Shown here: positions 9,035-17,285 of the stretch, one piece after another
Position numbering within the stretch: the first letter of the stretch is position 1
How the letters are laid out: each line of letters starts with the position of its first letter
Source of the DNA: Planctomycetota bacterium
GTDB taxonomy: Bacteria; JAJVIF01; JAPKYR01
Assembly (NCBI GenBank): GCA_030614715.1
Contig: JAUWTM010000003.1
Coordinates: 13,763 to 77,762, forward strand
Direction of reading: 5' to 3'
DNA length: 64,000 nucleotides
Made by a program: the position numbers and the translations under genes
Notes under the pieces: model-generated
Database searches by the model: none
Told to the model about the DNA's origin: nothing
Seen by the model: only the letters and a program-made list of their open reading frames with translations

Positions 9035-9763
9035 ATTATTATACGTTATGCAGAATGGGTAGTTGCACTGATCATTAACTTAATCGCGGGATTAATACTG
9101 TTCTTTGTCATTCCGTTTTTCGCGGCAGACCTCAACAGGCTGCATATTGCAATTTTTATTGTTTGTTTATTGCTGATCATCTCTGCACTTATTTTAATGT
9201 GGCGACGCCTAGCAGCTTATAAAAACATCGGGATAGTGAATATCGTTCAGTCGATGACTGGCGGCAAAGGCAGTACGGAGACGATTCTCAAAACCGTAAA
9301 AAACCAGTTTTGTTTTATGGGTATAGCCGCCCGTAAATGGATCAACACCGAGCCACTACTGGAGAGTATCATTAAAAAAGTTGCCGCTCGAAATCGCACT
9401 ATGCGATTCCTCCTCCTAAATCCTGATTCTCCTGAGGCGATCCGTTTATCGCAGATTGAACACGGCAATCCGGATGTTGTTCCTGAGGCAATCCGCGATT
9501 CCTTAAGGAACTTTAAAGCATTACGAGAGAAGGGATATAACGTTGATGTAAAATTATATTCCTGCCTGCCGATTTTCCGGATCGCTATTGTCAATAACGA
9601 AACCGCTTACGTCGGATTCTACAGGGCAGGCACTGACGGCAGCAACTCACCACAACTGATATTAAGCAGTAAAGCTAACATTACTTACTTCCAGCCATTT
9701 ACCGAGTTATTTAATGATACCTGGGATAGAACAGCGGTAGATGTCGATTGGGATCAGTACTAA
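9035..9763 (+). CDS. Membrane-anchored (2 TM) hypothetical protein with PLD-like-fold (DUF5919-like) C-terminal domain; start codon uncertain
   Basis: The track starts this ORF at TTG 9170, but the frame is open from 9023. The upstream part encodes WVVALIINLIAGLILFFVIPFF and IAIFIVCLLLIISALILMW, preceded by a perfect AGGAGG (9025-9030). The only possible in-frame starts there are ATT (9035, 9038) or ATA. The soluble part (..MRFLLLNPDSPEA.., ..LPIFRIAIVNNETAYVGFY.., ..FNDTWDRTA) lacks an HKD motif. Confidence 0.45.
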   Translation: MIIRYAEWVVALIINLIAGLILFFVIPFFAADLNRLHIAIFIVCLLLIISALILMWRRLAAYKNIGIVNIVQSMTGGKGSTETILKTVKNQFCFMGIAARKWINTEPLLESIIKKVAARNRTMRFLLLNPDSPEAIRLSQIEHGNPDVVPEAIRDSLRNFKALREKGYNVDVKLYSCLPIFRIAIVNNETAYVGFYRAGTDGSNSPQLILSSKANITYFQPFTELFNDTWDRTAVDVDWDQY

Positions 9764-9778
9764 GCATGGAGGGGGATA

Positions 9779-11218
9779 TTGAGCATTCTGCAAAATATTG
9801 AATCCTACGTATCATCAAGCACTGTTGATTATCACGTTTTTTTCAGAGAACGCGGACTCGCTTTACACGAATCGTACAAAAACAACTCGTTTAATTTAAG
9901 CGCAGCAACGTCTAATCCACCAGAAGTTTCAACCTCCAGGGAATTTCTCGATTTGGTAAATACCAATCTGGAGTACTTAAGCGAGCACTTTCTCGATTTG
10001 TTAATGTCCCCATTGTCCGCTCGAATTTTATGGGCTCTTTATTGCTCAACATCGGACACTCATCTCACGGTTCTGGGTAAGTTATGCCCGTCCTTGGCAA
10101 ACATAGCTCAAGCGGTCCGAGGTGGTCCCAACATCTATAAGCTCAACGGGTGGATCGTACACGTTCTCATCGGTTACGGAATCATTACCGATTACATCCA
10201 CAGGGGCTCACTTCCATCTACGCTGGAATGGCCTTCATCAATTCTCGATTATGTAAATAGGACTCTAAGACCGATTTATAATTCCCTTACGGACATAAAC
10301 AAAACAATCCTACATGCAGGCATGCTGGGACATGACATCGGTGTGTCGGTCGATATTACGGATCATAATCTGCACGGCATACCGCTAGTCTCATCGTTCC
10401 TTGAGGAAATCAGAATTACGCCCGAAACTATCGGTGGAATCAGCCGGGAATTGGATTTTGATGATTTCACCTGGGCTGTAAAAAGCATTGTTAAATACCA
10501 CACTTTTATAAACCGTGTTGGAATCGAATTCAGCATACAACGCTCCGCGTTCGAAATCGAACAACTGGTGCAATCTGCCGACACCTTACCATGGAGGTTG
10601 ACGTTCCTTCGCGAGCATTTTTTTAAACTGCTGTTGCTTGTTGCCACAGGCGATCTAATCGCTGTGGACGACAGTTTATTTACCGAGCGTAAAGCCCGTG
10701 AGATGCAGGACAGTTGGAAATTCCTGGAATTAATAATCAACGACAATATGCATTCATTGGATCCCACCAGCGCGGGATTCAAACGATTTCAGGGCTTTTT
10801 AAACGATGATAATGTGAGCGTATCCAAAACGGAGCTTGATGTGGAACTTACCTCGCTTGGATATGTTCCCGACAGGTTCTGGACCAGTTTCTATCACGCA
10901 CAGGAATTCAACTTTGCACTTTCATTAGTCCGGTTTTTACCAGCTGCGACTGATGCTCTTCTAATATTTGTTTTAATTTTCCTCTTCATCGATTTCAAGT
11001 TCCCGGATACACCTGATATTTACCATGAAATCCGAGTTGTGTTTGATCATAAGCTGGATACTGACGTAATCGAAACGAACTTGTCAGACATCAGTCAATT
11101 TTTAAAAAGCAATCAATTCAAGACTTTGATCAAACAGGATTCACTGGAAATCAACGGCTTAAGGCTTGTCCTTACAGACGACGTAACCGGACAATATGTT
11201 TTCATAACATCTCATTAG
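9779..11218 (+). CDS. HD-domain (metal-dependent phosphohydrolase superfamily) protein
   Basis: ILHAGMLGHDIG (H..HD), then HNLHG, KYH and LVATGDLIAVDD, in the order expected for an HD fold. TTG start with GGAGGGGG RBS (9768-9775). The N- and C-terminal ~180-aa regions are unassigned. Confidence 0.55.
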   Translation: MSILQNIESYVSSSTVDYHVFFRERGLALHESYKNNSFNLSAATSNPPEVSTSREFLDLVNTNLEYLSEHFLDLLMSPLSARILWALYCSTSDTHLTVLGKLCPSLANIAQAVRGGPNIYKLNGWIVHVLIGYGIITDYIHRGSLPSTLEWPSSILDYVNRTLRPIYNSLTDINKTILHAGMLGHDIGVSVDITDHNLHGIPLVSSFLEEIRITPETIGGISRELDFDDFTWAVKSIVKYHTFINRVGIEFSIQRSAFEIEQLVQSADTLPWRLTFLREHFFKLLLLVATGDLIAVDDSLFTERKAREMQDSWKFLELIINDNMHSLDPTSAGFKRFQGFLNDDNVSVSKTELDVELTSLGYVPDRFWTSFYHAQEFNFALSLVRFLPAATDALLIFVLIFLFIDFKFPDTPDIYHEIRVVFDHKLDTDVIETNLSDISQFLKSNQFKTLIKQDSLEINGLRLVLTDDVTGQYVFITSH

Positions 11219-11234
11219 GCAAAGGTCGGAAGCT

Positions 11235-12617
11235 ATGGAGATCCCCGAACATATAAGTGACCTGATTACTGCGTTGGCGGCATCGGGTTTCATCGAATGT
11301 GCACATGAAAATCCCGAACGTGTTGTCAGGAGTTATATACTTGGGTTGCCTTCGAACCCACCTTCGGACGAGTTGTTCAAATCGGTATTCCCTGACCATT
11401 ATGAGCCCGGGACGTTTACTATTTCGGAGCGTAAGTTGAATCCCCCGTATATAACCGTTGATGACCGGCTATCGTACGAGGACTGGGTAATATCGGAAAC
11501 GAATTCTGACCTTGAGAAGCTTATCCCGTTACTTGAAGAACAATGCAAATGGTTAATAACAAATCCATCGATAATTTCCGAACTGCCTTCTAAAGTCCTT
11601 GCTGCGTTGAATTATTCATTCAAGCACGAGTGTACCCTTGCAGAGGAAATATATCAGCAGGAATATACGGATATCTTCAGGCGATTGAATCTGATTTACT
11701 TGACGGGATGGCCGAGAGTTCCATTCAACGAATACGACAAAATAAATGCTGAATTTCAGAAGATCGGAGTAAGCCTCGCAGATATGTGCAGCGATGTTAA
11801 CGAGAAGCTGTTAATGCGGATCAGTGCTGCCGCCGGTCTTATCGGCTTGAATCATAAAAGAAACGCATCCGCAACAGCAGTCCTGTATGATAAGGGTATT
11901 ATTCCAGTCAGCCTTACCGCGAATGACTACGTTAATACAGACATGGTCTTCTCAAACCTGGTCAGCAAAGCGGAGGAAGACTGGAAGATCGGGTATGAGG
12001 ACGAATTCTACGCACGGACATCGAAAGAAAACGGGACTGTCGGTCTCGTGTTTTTCCCGGATGATTACCTGGAAAGCATTATCGACTTGAAGTTAATCGA
12101 ACGCCTGATGGAGAACAACGACAAATTACACACAACGATTATTCCTCGTGCTTTAAGGTTCGGGAACGATGCTGGATACAGCGACATTACAGAATTTCTG
12201 AAACTGGACGTATTTTCAAAACTCGCATCGTATATGAAAGAAGGAAGGCTTGTCATTGAAATCATGGGACCGCTTTCGGGAACCGTGAACGGCAGGCGGC
12301 TTTCATCTCAAGCGGTTGAACATCTGAATTCTGCGGATGTCGTATACGTAAAAGGGGCCAGATCATACGAATGTCTTCAGGGGCTGAACACACACACTTT
12401 TTTTTCATTCGCTGTCTGCCGCAGTTTAAGCGAAGCCGTTACGGGAATCAACGCAGAAACAGGGGGACTTGTACTAATCTACCAGGAGCCTGGAGTACGG
12501 AGTTTTCAAGGATTCAGGAAACGACACCTGCGACAATGTGAGTCACCGTCCGGTAGAAAATATTGGCTGGCGGAAGTAACCGCATCGGATTCAACACTCG
12601 AACATCCCCTTACTTAA
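11235..12617 (+). CDS. DUF89/ARMT1-type metal-dependent phosphatase family protein
   Basis: FFPDDYLESIIDL (degenerate DxxxE block), RFGNDAGYSDI, ADVVYVKGARSYECLQG (KG-x-x-N/S-Y-E block), FAVCRSLSEAVTGINAETGGLVL (KC..v...lg block). These are colinear with the DUF89 fold. Confidence 0.6.
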   Translation: MEIPEHISDLITALAASGFIECAHENPERVVRSYILGLPSNPPSDELFKSVFPDHYEPGTFTISERKLNPPYITVDDRLSYEDWVISETNSDLEKLIPLLEEQCKWLITNPSIISELPSKVLAALNYSFKHECTLAEEIYQQEYTDIFRRLNLIYLTGWPRVPFNEYDKINAEFQKIGVSLADMCSDVNEKLLMRISAAAGLIGLNHKRNASATAVLYDKGIIPVSLTANDYVNTDMVFSNLVSKAEEDWKIGYEDEFYARTSKENGTVGLVFFPDDYLESIIDLKLIERLMENNDKLHTTIIPRALRFGNDAGYSDITEFLKLDVFSKLASYMKEGRLVIEIMGPLSGTVNGRRLSSQAVEHLNSADVVYVKGARSYECLQGLNTHTFFSFAVCRSLSEAVTGINAETGGLVLIYQEPGVRSFQGFRKRHLRQCESPSGRKYWLAEVTASDSTLEHPLT

Positions 12618-15151
12618 AACAAATCATCCAGGTCGTCTTCGCCTTCGCCGGGGGGCATCTGGCCGTGCTCCTTCAGATAGTCCTGGATCAATTCGCTCTC
12701 ACGCTTCGTGTACATCGGGTCCTCATCGAACAAGAAGAACTTACACTTCTCGGTCGTTTCTAGGACTTCGGCAAGAGCTTCCTTCAGATTATCGACACCT
12801 TGGATTGCGTAGACCATTTTATCCTCATCGAGCAATTGGTAAACGCCCTCCGTCTCCGGAACCATCTCGATATTCTCCTCAGTCAGCTCGAGCCACGACT
12901 CCGGCGGGTCCGGAACCTCGCATATAAGCAGCCTCAGGTCGCATCGCAGGCATCGCGACGCCTCTTCCACTGCCTGTTCAGCGGAGTAACCCTGCTCAAC
13001 AAGGTCGAAACAGGCAACAGGGTCAGCTTCGCATAATTTCGGCATCTCGACCCTCTTCAGGTCGACAAATCCCTCTATAACTCCAAGTGTGTTATCCGGT
13101 TCGGTCTCATCCAGGAGTTTGAAATCGATATTTCCATTTCCGCCAAGATGCGCATCGATTCCGGACGCTGCTTTGCGCCCGAGTTTGATTGAATCAATCA
13201 CCGACGCAGGTCCCGACACAACTTCCCCGGCTGCGAAAACTCCGTCGACCGATGTTGCCATCGTTTCATCGTCGGCACTCAGGTTGATATCGATCCCTTC
13301 AAGGAATCCGAGCACAGCTGCTTGCCCGATCGCGATCAGAATCCTGTCTGTTTCATGCGATGTGGTAACTGATTCATCGTATTCCGGTGCAAACCTTCCG
13401 GCGGAATTGAAAACCGAAGTGCATTTCCGGAAGTCTATTTTTTCAACTTTACCATCGCCCGAAATCAGTGTCGGACCCCACCCGGGATGCATGACGATTC
13501 CCTCGGCTTCGGCTTCCACGATTTCCCAGCCGTGGGCGGGCATTTCATCGCGTTCCTCGAGACAGAAGACGTGAACTTCCGAAGGCCCAAGCCTTCGAGC
13601 GGACCGTGCGATATCAATCGCGACGTTACCACCACCAATAATTACCAGCCTTTCACCGTCGAATGGCTTGTCTCCCTTTGACATAGACAACATTAAATCT
13701 TTCAACGTCTCCAGGCCGTAACCGACACCCCCTAGCCCAACACCGTCGCAAGGGAGCTGGACTGATTTCCTCGCGCCAGCTGCGACCAGAACTGCATCGT
13801 TGTTCGATCTCAAGTCCTCGAACGAGATGTCCTTGCCGACCTCAACGCCTGTATTTATTTCGATCCCGAGATCGGTGATGTCAGTGATGTCTTTGTCGAG
13901 TGACATTTCATCGAGACGGTATCGCGGGATACCGTACCGCAGCCATCCCCCTGCCCTGTCCTCCGAATCGTAAAGCGTGACATCGTGACCTTTCAGCTTC
14001 AGGAACCACGCTGCAGTCAGACCTGCCGGTCCGGCACCGATAATCGCGACCTTCTTTCCAGTAGGTTGAATCGAGTCTGTTACACCCTTCCAAATGTATT
14101 CCTCTGTGTGCTCTGTTGCCGCACGTTTCGACGCGCAGATCGCAAGCGGCTCGTTTACATCGTCACTGATGCATTCCTCCTCGCAGGGATGGAAACACAC
14201 CATGCCAAGCGTCCTCGGCAACGGTGCTGTTTCCCGAATGACAGCCTCCGCACGTCCGAATTCACCCCGCCTGATCTCACGGAGATACCTCGGAACATCC
14301 ATTCCGGCAGGACATGCCGCTATACACGCAGTTGTCCTGTCACCATCGACCCTTGACTCCTCGAACTTAAGCCTCAGCGTTCCGGTCGGACATACCTCGA
14401 CACAGCTCAGGCAGAAACGGCATCCGGAATCAGCAATGGTAGCTGCCTTCGTGCCCACGACAACTTTTCCGGTCTCATCAATCACGAAACCGTACGCGTC
14501 TACATCCCTGATCTCACGGCACATCCGGACACATCGAAGGCATGAGATGCACAGGTTATGATCTCGCAGGAAAAGCGGCTCATCCTCAATAATGGGAAGG
14601 TTGGCAGGCATGTAACGGGTGGTTTCAGGGGGAATGCCAACGAAATCAGCGACCTTTCTCAGGTCACATACGTGAAAAATCGGACAGCATCTTTCTTCCT
14701 TGGCGACATTCGTGGAGCATGGCTCAAGTGCGCATCCAAGTTTCTGTGCGCACTGGACGCAGGCGTGTGGATGAGTTGCAAAAAGCTCCTTCAGTTTTGT
14801 TTTACGTTGCTTGTCAATCTCCTCAGACGACGTAACCACATTCATCCCATCAGAGATTATCGTGACACATGCTCTGACAGGCTCGGAATCCCCATCGACC
14901 TCGACCACGCACAGCCCGCAACCCTCGTAACGTCCGTTTGCGTCCGTATTTGCGACAGACTCACTGCCTCGATAGATCTTGTCCCATGAGTCCAGCGACT
15001 CGGGATCGACCGGTGGCAGGTCCGGATGCGAGCAAATTCGTGGAATGTAGATTTCCGTATCGTCCGCAGCCTGCAGGATCGATAATCCCTCGCGTGATTC
15101 GATTTCAGTTCCGTCTATTGTGATTTTAACCATGTCGTTTACCCGGTTCAT
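12614..15151 (-). CDS. Multi-domain iron-sulfur flavoprotein: N-terminal 2Fe-2S/4Fe-4S modules fused to GltD/NfnB-like NAD(P)H-dependent FAD oxidoreductase; candidate ferredoxin-reducing/oxidising enzyme
   Basis: N-terminus KITIDGTEIESREGLSILQAA..CGLCVVEVDG (NuoG/FdhA-type 2Fe-2S), several CxxCxxCxxxCP clusters, GltD-like KKVAIIGAGPAGLTAAWFLKLKGHDVTLYDSEDRAGGWLRYGIPRYRL and VIIGGGNVAIDIARSA. The true start could be the Met at 15133. Confidence 0.75.
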   Translation of the reverse strand: MNRVNDMVKITIDGTEIESREGLSILQAADDTEIYIPRICSHPDLPPVDPESLDSWDKIYRGSESVANTDANGRYEGCGLCVVEVDGDSEPVRACVTIISDGMNVVTSSEEIDKQRKTKLKELFATHPHACVQCAQKLGCALEPCSTNVAKEERCCPIFHVCDLRKVADFVGIPPETTRYMPANLPIIEDEPLFLRDHNLCISCLRCVRMCREIRDVDAYGFVIDETGKVVVGTKAATIADSGCRFCLSCVEVCPTGTLRLKFEESRVDGDRTTACIAACPAGMDVPRYLREIRRGEFGRAEAVIRETAPLPRTLGMVCFHPCEEECISDDVNEPLAICASKRAATEHTEEYIWKGVTDSIQPTGKKVAIIGAGPAGLTAAWFLKLKGHDVTLYDSEDRAGGWLRYGIPRYRLDEMSLDKDITDITDLGIEINTGVEVGKDISFEDLRSNNDAVLVAAGARKSVQLPCDGVGLGGVGYGLETLKDLMLSMSKGDKPFDGERLVIIGGGNVAIDIARSARRLGPSEVHVFCLEERDEMPAHGWEIVEAEAEGIVMHPGWGPTLISGDGKVEKIDFRKCTSVFNSAGRFAPEYDESVTTSHETDRILIAIGQAAVLGFLEGIDINLSADDETMATSVDGVFAAGEVVSGPASVIDSIKLGRKAASGIDAHLGGNGNIDFKLLDETEPDNTLGVIEGFVDLKRVEMPKLCEADPVACFDLVEQGYSAEQAVEEASRCLRCDLRLLICEVPDPPESWLELTEENIEMVPETEGVYQLLDEDKMVYAIQGVDNLKEALAEVLETTEKCKFFLFDEDPMYTKRESELIQDYLKEHGQMPPGEGEDDLDDLF

Positions 15152-15199
15152 ATTGCCGATGATGAACGCACGTCCCGGATGGGTGAATTAATATACCAG

Positions 15200-15230
15200 A
15201 AAAAAACCGACCGCAATTGGTCGGATTTTT
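15200..15230 (-). terminator. Intrinsic terminator (bidirectional shape) downstream of the ferredoxin gene
   Basis: CCGACC-GCAATT-GGTCGG hairpin flanked by A7 on the left and ATTTTT on the right. Read on the minus strand, the hairpin is followed by T7. Confidence 0.65.
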
Positions 15231-15254
15231 ATCAAATTAAGCGACTACCCGGTC

Positions 15255-15536
15255 CTACCACAGATGCTCGAGCGCATTTTTCGGACAGGCCGTGACGCAC
15301 AACAGCGGTGGACGGTCCCTGTCGGGTTTACATGGGGCGCATGAGTACTTTATTTTCTTCCGGTGATCCATGGTCACCGCACAGACCATGTCCTCGTAAT
15401 CGTCCTCAATAATTTCCAGGACGCTTTCGGGACATGCCGGAATGCATGGATGATCCGCACACTCGATGCAATTATCCGTATCGATAATGATAAAGAAATC
15501 ACCCGCGCCGTCCTTGTAACCGTAATGAGCTTTCAT
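15255..15536 (-). CDS. bzdM: 2x[4Fe-4S] ferredoxin (BzdM-position electron donor)
   Basis: 93 aa; CIECADHPCIPACP and CAPCKPDRDRPPLLCVTACP. The start overlaps the upstream stop (TAATG). The symbol is assigned from gene order only. Confidence 0.6.
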   Translation of the reverse strand: MKAHYGYKDGAGDFFIIIDTDNCIECADHPCIPACPESVLEIIEDDYEDMVCAVTMDHRKKIKYSCAPCKPDRDRPPLLCVTACPKNALEHLW

Positions 15537-16411
15537 TACTTACCAGCCTTTGCAAGTTTTTTCCTGAGCAGGTTCTGGGCGAACAGTGCAGCACCCAGCG
15601 CACCTGCGATCTGCGTGTCTGTATCAAAAGGCAGAGCCTTGATTCCTAATTCTTTCTCAAGCCTTGTAACAACGCCGGAATTTTTTGCGATTCCACCAGT
15701 GATCGCGAAATCCTCCTCGACCCCGACCTGCTCCAGGAGGGTCACAACGCGATGCGCCATAGCGGAACAGTAAGCGGCAAGCACCTTTGACTTCGACCAG
15801 CCTTCCCTGAGCAGTCCGGTTGCCTCCGACTTGGCGAAAACAACGCATGTGCTCGAAACAGGTGGCGGCTCCTCCTCAACATCGAGGGACAGTTCACCGA
15901 CTTCACCGATCGGAATTGCGAGCAGGTCGGCAAACACTTCCATGCCTCGTCCGGTACCTGCGGCGCACTTGTCGTTCATAGCGAAGGCAGTAACCTTGCC
16001 TTTTTCATCGCACCGGATAACCTTGCAGTCCTGGCCGCCCATATCAAGGACTGTCCTGACCGATGGACCGTACATGGCGTTCGCGCCACGGGCATGGCAC
16101 GCGATCTCGGTGATAGCCTTGTGGGAAAACGGCACGTTGACCCTGCCGTAGCCGGTGCCGATCACGAAACCGACATCATCAAGCGTAAGCCCGGTTCCCT
16201 CGATCGCCCAATTGAACGAATTGTTCGCACTCTCAGGACTGCTCGAGCCTGTTCGCATGTTGGAGTAGGCGTAAAGTTCGCCGTCGACCACGATTACCGC
16301 CTGGGATGAGACGGAACCGACGTCCACGCCTGCAGTGATCAATTCACCATCGCGCCAGTCCTTGTTTTCATCGTGCCAGTTGTATTCTTTCCAGCGCCAA
16401 AACTCAGCCAT
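15536..16411 (-). CDS. bzdQ: BcrA/BcrD/HgdC-type ATPase subunit of ATP-dependent benzoyl-CoA reductase-like enzyme
   Basis: Acetate/sugar-kinase fold ITAGVDVGSVSSQAVIV, cluster-ligand region DKCAAGTGRGME, GGIAKN. It is the second of two non-identical ATPase genes. The symbol is by position in N-O-P-Q-M order. Confidence 0.7.
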   Translation of the reverse strand: MAEFWRWKEYNWHDENKDWRDGELITAGVDVGSVSSQAVIVVDGELYAYSNMRTGSSSPESANNSFNWAIEGTGLTLDDVGFVIGTGYGRVNVPFSHKAITEIACHARGANAMYGPSVRTVLDMGGQDCKVIRCDEKGKVTAFAMNDKCAAGTGRGMEVFADLLAIPIGEVGELSLDVEEEPPPVSSTCVVFAKSEATGLLREGWSKSKVLAAYCSAMAHRVVTLLEQVGVEEDFAITGGIAKNSGVVTRLEKELGIKALPFDTDTQIAGALGAALFAQNLLRKKLAKAGK

Positions 16412-16468
16412 TATTTTATCCCTTCTTTTAAATTCTTATCGATTCGCGAAATGAACGTCCGCGACAGT

Positions 16469-17239
16469 TTACAAACCTTCGGCGGCGATGATCGCAGCCC
16501 CGTATGCCCCGACGAATTCAGGGTCCTCAGGAATTATAATTTTTGTCTCAAGTGCTCTCTCGAGAGAGTCCACGAAACCAGTGTTGTAAGCGACCCCACC
16601 GATCAGAACCACGTCGGGCTCGAATCCGACCTTCCTCGCGAGTGACACAATTCGACTCGCGATTGCGTCGTGGACCGCACGTGCGATGTCCTGCTTCGGG
16701 GTTTTCGCGTGTACCAGTGTGACAACCTCAGACTCCGCGAACACCGCACACTGCGCGTTCATTGGAATCGATGCGTCTGACTGAAGTGACAGTGGACCGA
16801 GTTCCTCGATCGGAACCTCAAGCGCACGGCTCATCGATTCGGTGAACGCACCTGCTCCTGCAGCGCACTTCTCATTCAGCGCGAAGTCCAGCACCTTACC
16901 TTCATCTGTAGTTCTGATGGCTCGACCTTCCTCAGCGCCGACATCGAGAACCGTCCTGGCATTCGGGTACAGTTCCCGTACTCCGCGGGCGTCGCTTCCG
17001 ACCTCGGTCACCTCGTGCTCCGTGTACGGCGCGTTTTTACGTCCCGCTCCCGTCGCTGTGGTCTTTTCGATATCGCCCTGTGCGATTCCAGCAGCCTCAA
17101 GTGCTCCCGCAAACGCCTTCTCGGCAGCCTCGCGGCTTTCGAATCCCGCCAGTTCGATACTCTTACCGATGATTTCTCCGTCTTTGAGGATCACGACCTT
17201 GATCGTCTTGGATCCCATGTCTATTCCTGCGGTGATCAT
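16469..17239 (-). CDS. bzdP: BcrA/BcrD/HgdC-type ATPase subunit of ATP-dependent benzoyl-CoA reductase-like enzyme
   Basis: ITAGIDMGSKTIKVVIL, EKCAAGAGAFTE, GGVAYN. I chose the start at ATG 17239 (TGGAG RBS 6 nt upstream) rather than 17326, which would overlap the upstream gene. Confidence 0.7.
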   Translation of the reverse strand: MITAGIDMGSKTIKVVILKDGEIIGKSIELAGFESREAAEKAFAGALEAAGIAQGDIEKTTATGAGRKNAPYTEHEVTEVGSDARGVRELYPNARTVLDVGAEEGRAIRTTDEGKVLDFALNEKCAAGAGAFTESMSRALEVPIEELGPLSLQSDASIPMNAQCAVFAESEVVTLVHAKTPKQDIARAVHDAIASRIVSLARKVGFEPDVVLIGGVAYNTGFVDSLERALETKIIIPEDPEFVGAYGAAIIAAEGL

Positions 17240-17285
17240 ATGCAACTCCAGTTTCCTGTACACAATGAACGGGATAAAACCCGGT

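Larger units (their letters stand above)
8984..12617 (+). other. AT-rich accessory cassette (three co-directional genes of unknown function)
   Basis: Visible composition shift: my spot count is 42% GC at 10981-11040 versus 62% at 8881-8940. Inter-gene gaps are 15 and 16 nt. The content is unrelated to the flanking catabolic genes. Confidence 0.6.
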
